NCBI GenBank assembly: GCA_963801165.1
Contig: CAWDDT010000006.1
Location: 512,001-576,000 of the forward strand
DNA from: an uncultured bacterium
Lineage (GTDB): Bacteria > Actinomycetota > Acidimicrobiia > Spongiisociales > UBA5794
Reading direction: 5' to 3'
Length of the DNA: 64,000 nt
Numbering within the stretch: the first letter of the stretch is position 1; each line of letters begins with the position of its first letter. Shown here piece by piece: positions 60,283 to 64,000 of the stretch. The notes below the pieces were generated by a model. The model was not told where the DNA came from, searched no databases, and worked only from the letters and a program-made list of their open reading frames with translations. Both the position numbers and the translations under genes were made by a program.

Positions 60283-61185
60283 GTGGACGAGAACAACGGA
60301 GACAAGCCGCTTTCGAGCGAAGAGATGCTGCGGCGCGCCCGGGAGGGACTTGGCGAAAGCAGCTCGACACCTCCCCCATCGTCACCAGCCGACGACTCCT
60401 ACTCGAGCATCGAATCTGAGATGGACATCGAGATGGAGCCGATCTACGAGGATGAGGAGACGCCGGCACATCCCTCTCCGGAGCCCAGGGAGTACGAGCG
60501 GCCGGCCGCGGAACCGCCTCCTCTGCCCACCCCGGTTGCCAACGACAACGTAGGCCACTGGGCCCCACCCCGGCCCGGGTCCGCCAGCCAGGACAGCGGC
60601 AACACAGCGCCGCCAAAAACCGAGCCCGAAAGCAGCACCTGGAGCAGTCAACTCCCTTCTCCACAGCCGACGCCGAAACCCAGGAAGAATGTTGGGAGCA
60701 TCGTGCTCATGATCGTTGTCGTGGCCATAGGCGGTGTGCTTGCGATCAAGCTCCTCGACAGCTCCAAGACGGTCGACCAGATGGCTGTCGGTGAATGCCT
60801 GAACTTCCCCGAGAAGGACGAGTTCAGCAGGTTCCAGCCGATCGATTGCACGGAGACCCACGAACTCGAGGTCTTTGCGATCATCGACATGGCGACGGTG
60901 TCAAAGGACTACTCGGTGGGGACCGCGTACCCCGGTGACAATACGCTCTTCTTCGCCGCACTGGACGCCTGTTCGGGTGCGCCGTTCGAATCGTATGTGG
61001 GTGTGCCCTATGGCGACACGGGAACTGCCGACACGACCCTTGGCGTGTTTGCATTCACACCAACCATCGAGGGCTGGCGGGAGCTCGACGAGCGTAGGGT
61101 GCAGTGTGTCGTGTTCCAGCAGGACTCGAGTAACGGGCAGATGATCCCGAGCACGAGATCCCTCGAGGGCAGCGGCGGAGTCTGA
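60283..61185 (+). CDS. Septum-formation-domain membrane protein
   Basis: Pro-rich N-terminus, TM, VGECLN..IDCTETHELEV..YPG..PT..GW..RRVQC. Confidence 0.75.
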   Translation: MDENNGDKPLSSEEMLRRAREGLGESSSTPPPSSPADDSYSSIESEMDIEMEPIYEDEETPAHPSPEPREYERPAAEPPPLPTPVANDNVGHWAPPRPGSASQDSGNTAPPKTEPESSTWSSQLPSPQPTPKPRKNVGSIVLMIVVVAIGGVLAIKLLDSSKTVDQMAVGECLNFPEKDEFSRFQPIDCTETHELEVFAIIDMATVSKDYSVGTAYPGDNTLFFAALDACSGAPFESYVGVPYGDTGTADTTLGVFAFTPTIEGWRELDERRVQCVVFQQDSSNGQMIPSTRSLEGSGGV

Positions 61186-61202
61186 CACTACGCTGGCGGC
61201 CC

Positions 61203-62255
61203 ATGACGACGCCGCCGATTGAACGTGTCACCGCCTGGATGGTGGTGTTGCCACTTCGCACGGCCTTTGCGTCGGCGCGCACCCGCATCCACGAGCGCCG
61301 CCTTGTACTGATCCAGGTTTGCGCCGGCGAGCACACCGGATGGGGCGAGGCGGCACCGGTCCCCGGTCATACGGCCGAGAATATCGACGACATCTGGGAA
61401 CGGTTCACCGGCGCAGAGACACCCGGTGGCTTCGGGGATGTTCCGGGTCTGCTCGGGGCAGCACGCGACGAGGCATACGCCGATCTTGCCGCCCGCCAGT
61501 CGAGCCTGGCGCTCTGGCGGGTCCACGGTGGCACCCGGCCCGTCCCGGCCAGCGCCGCCGTCGGGTTGAACGACGCCGGCGACCCGGATCGGCGTGTAGT
61601 CGAATCAGCTGCGGCAGCCGGCTACCGGTTTGCCAAGCTGAAGGTGACCCAGCACACGAAACCCCTTGCCGTCGCCGCCCTGGTCGCCGACTACCCACAG
61701 CTCCGGTTCGGGGCAGACGCAAACGGATCCATGACACCCGGCAACGAGAATCTGCTCAAAGAACTCGACGAGCTCGGGCTCGAGTACCTGGAGCAACCAG
61801 GCCCGGCGGATGATATCGACTGGCACGTGCGCCTACGGAGCAGTTTGACGATGCCCGTGTCGCTTGACGAAGGAGCCGACTCACCGGAGAAAGTGCGCCG
61901 GATCGTCGCCTCCGGCGCCGCCGATATCGTCAACCTGAAGGTCAGCCGCTTCGGGCCGCGTCAGACACTGCAGCTGGCAGACGAAGTCGTGGCCGCCGGT
62001 CTGCGGGTGAGGATCGGCGGGCTCATCGAGAGCGGCATCGGCAGGGCACACTCCGTGGCGGTGGCGGCTCACGACCACTTTTCCGTCGTCGGTGACATCG
62101 CCGGATCCGATCGCTTCTTCGACGACGACCTGGTTCGCCCGCAATGGCGAGTTCACGACGGTTTGCTCTCCCTCCCGGAGTCTCCGGGTATTGGTGTCGA
62201 GGTGGACAAAGAAGCTGTCGCCGCCCACGCCGTCGCCTCGCTGAGCATTCCCTGA
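61203..62255 (+). CDS. menC: Enolase-superfamily o-succinylbenzoate synthase / N-acylamino acid racemase-like enzyme
   Basis: GWGE, KLKV, DANG, EQP, LDE, NLK, ESGIG. Confidence 0.7.
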   Translation: MTTPPIERVTAWMVVLPLRTAFASARTRIHERRLVLIQVCAGEHTGWGEAAPVPGHTAENIDDIWERFTGAETPGGFGDVPGLLGAARDEAYADLAARQSSLALWRVHGGTRPVPASAAVGLNDAGDPDRRVVESAAAAGYRFAKLKVTQHTKPLAVAALVADYPQLRFGADANGSMTPGNENLLKELDELGLEYLEQPGPADDIDWHVRLRSSLTMPVSLDEGADSPEKVRRIVASGAADIVNLKVSRFGPRQTLQLADEVVAAGLRVRIGGLIESGIGRAHSVAVAAHDHFSVVGDIAGSDRFFDDDLVRPQWRVHDGLLSLPESPGIGVEVDKEAVAAHAVASLSIP

Positions 62256-62274
62256 TCCGGCTACCGTACCGACC

Positions 62275-64000
62275 ATGTCGAAACGTGTGCTCATCCCCCT
62301 GGTCGCCGGCATTCTCGGGCTCCTGCTGGCGGCGCCCGCTATTGCCCAAACCGCCACAGCTCCCACCAACTGCGGCACCTACGAGGGTGTCGTCTGCCAC
62401 GGTTGGTTCTCAGACGACGCCAACATCGCGACGGAGGACAGCGCCATCGAGGATGCCATCGGCGCGGTGATCACCCGCTACGGGCACCAAATCGCCTTCG
62501 TCACGGTCGACCAGAGCCCGCACGGCACACCACAAGAGTTCGCGCAGGACCTCGGCAACGCCTGGGGCGTCGGCGACCCCCAGCGGAACGACGGCATCGT
62601 GATCCTCGTCGACCTGGCGAACCATCGCACCGAGATGACCACCGGCCCCGGCGTCCCCCCACTCGACTATTCGCGGATCACCGGCGCCGGCAACTCGTTC
62701 TTCGGCCGGGGTGACTTCGACGCCGGCATCTATGCGATCATCGGCAGCCTGGAGCAGGATCTGGCCGGCGCCACCGGAGTCACCGGCGGCTCCGCCTCCG
62801 GCGGGTCCGTGCCTTCGTCTGGCGACTCCTCTTCGTCGAGCGGCGGCAGCACCGACCAGACGCCCGCCGGGCTCGTCCTCGGCGCTCTCGCCGCTGCTGG
62901 CCTGGTGGGAGGCGGCGTGGGGCTGGCTGCCGCCAGACACCGACGCCGGGAACGGGTGGGCAAGGAACGAGCTGAGTTGCTCGACGGTGACATGGCCCGG
63001 CTCGAGCCGGCGGGCCACGAGCTCCCGCTGCTGTCGGACTATGCGATCGAGCATCACGGTCCGGTTGAGAAAGCCGACACACGCTCCGCCCTGGCCGCCC
63101 TGGAACACATCAACGCCGGGCTCGCGCCTCAGGACGAGAACGCCGTCCGTGCCCTATGGGGAAACGGGCTCGTGACCGTCGTCGACCGGGATCGACTCCA
63201 GTCCGAAACCGAGGTCCCACTGCTGCTCCGGGCATCGGGCGAGCAACCGCTGCTCGAAGGGGCGCTTCAGGCCTCCTATCGGGATGCGCTCGAGGTCGAT
63301 GCGAACCACCAGGTGGAGTTCGATGTCAAGCGGCAGGAGCTGCTGGGGATCATCGAGAGCCTGCGGCCGCACCGAATCGCCAATACCCGGCTCCACATGG
63401 GGCAATCGATCCTGGATCGCTCCGTCTCCACCAAGGCAGGCTGGGCGCTGCTCACCGACGAGGGTGACCGTTTTCTCGAGGCCGGTCCCGCGCTCGACAC
63501 CACCGAGCCGCTGCACGAATCGCTCGCCCAACTCGATCTCGTCTACGAGACCGCCCGCGAGAAGGCGCAGCGCTTGGAAACGTTGTATCAGCAACTTCCC
63601 GCCTCGACGACCCGGCCGGCAGTCGCAGCCGCACTGGCCGACCTGAACGACGATCCGGACGCCTCGTACAAACGCTACGAGACACTCCGGCAGACCCTTG
63701 AGGTCAACGGGTCGATGCTGAGCGCGGACGGTCTCTCGATCCCTGCCATCACCGCCCTGCTGCTGATGAACAACGACGCCGAGGATGTGGACGAGTTCAT
63801 CTCCGCCTACAAGGCCAACCGGGGTCGTGGCGTCGCGGCCGACACCGCGGTGGAGTATGCGCTCGCCGGCCTCAGCAATCCCGCCGAGATCAAGCGCATC
63901 CGTGCCGAGGCCGACCGGCTCAGCCTGCCCATCTCGCTGACTGCGGCGCTGTTGCGTCGCCGCGACGACGGTCCGGAGGTGTATCAACAGCTCGCCGACG
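62275..64000 (+). CDS. TPM-domain membrane protein (runs off window edge)
   Basis: Manual translation: signal peptide, QIAFVTVD...FAQDLGNAWGVGDPQRNDGIVILVD, TM, long helical region. Confidence 0.8.
   Translation, partial: MSKRVLIPLVAGILGLLLAAPAIAQTATAPTNCGTYEGVVCHGWFSDDANIATEDSAIEDAIGAVITRYGHQIAFVTVDQSPHGTPQEFAQDLGNAWGVGDPQRNDGIVILVDLANHRTEMTTGPGVPPLDYSRITGAGNSFFGRGDFDAGIYAIIGSLEQDLAGATGVTGGSASGGSVPSSGDSSSSSGGSTDQTPAGLVLGALAAAGLVGGGVGLAAARHRRRERVGKERAELLDGDMARLEPAGHELPLLSDYAIEHHGPVEKADTRSALAALEHINAGLAPQDENAVRALWGNGLVTVVDRDRLQSETEVPLLLRASGEQPLLEGALQASYRDALEVDANHQVEFDVKRQELLGIIESLRPHRIANTRLHMGQSILDRSVSTKAGWALLTDEGDRFLEAGPALDTTEPLHESLAQLDLVYETAREKAQRLETLYQQLPASTTRPAVAAALADLNDDPDASYKRYETLRQTLEVNGSMLSADGLSIPAITALLLMNNDAEDVDEFISAYKANRGRGVAADTAVEYALAGLSNPAEIKRIRAEADRLSLPISLTAALLRRRDDGPEVYQQLAD

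Overview
High-GC actinobacterial chromosome segment, most consistent with Acidimicrobiia (inferred from SLH-repeat protein, F420-type LLM enzyme, DUF3040/MoxR/dinB near mraZ, and many apparently leaderless genes). Housekeeping blocks: start of the dcw cluster (mraZ-rsmH-ftsL-ftsI-murE), MoxR-DUF58-transglutaminase, dinB, fabD-H-G-acpP-fabF, alaC-ltaE, SRPBCC-arsA-ROK, queG, ilvBNC-leuAB with an attenuator, pntAAB, an ABC transporter, an archaeal-type SAM synthetase and a menC-like enzyme. The highlight is a nested mobile-element stack at 7.7-11.0 kb. An IS110-family element (8687-10144, CT core at both ends) sits inside an IS3-family element (7737-10514). Its 215-nt left end reads as a bridge RNA with all four guide segments visible: they match this exact target site and the element's own circle junction. 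The target is the apical loop of the hairpin that, by homology, stimulates programmed -1 frameshifting in IS3/IS51-type elements, so this looks like an RNA-guided recombinase aimed at a structurally constrained site of another transposon. All calls come from reading the sequence by eye; no searches or folding computations were run.
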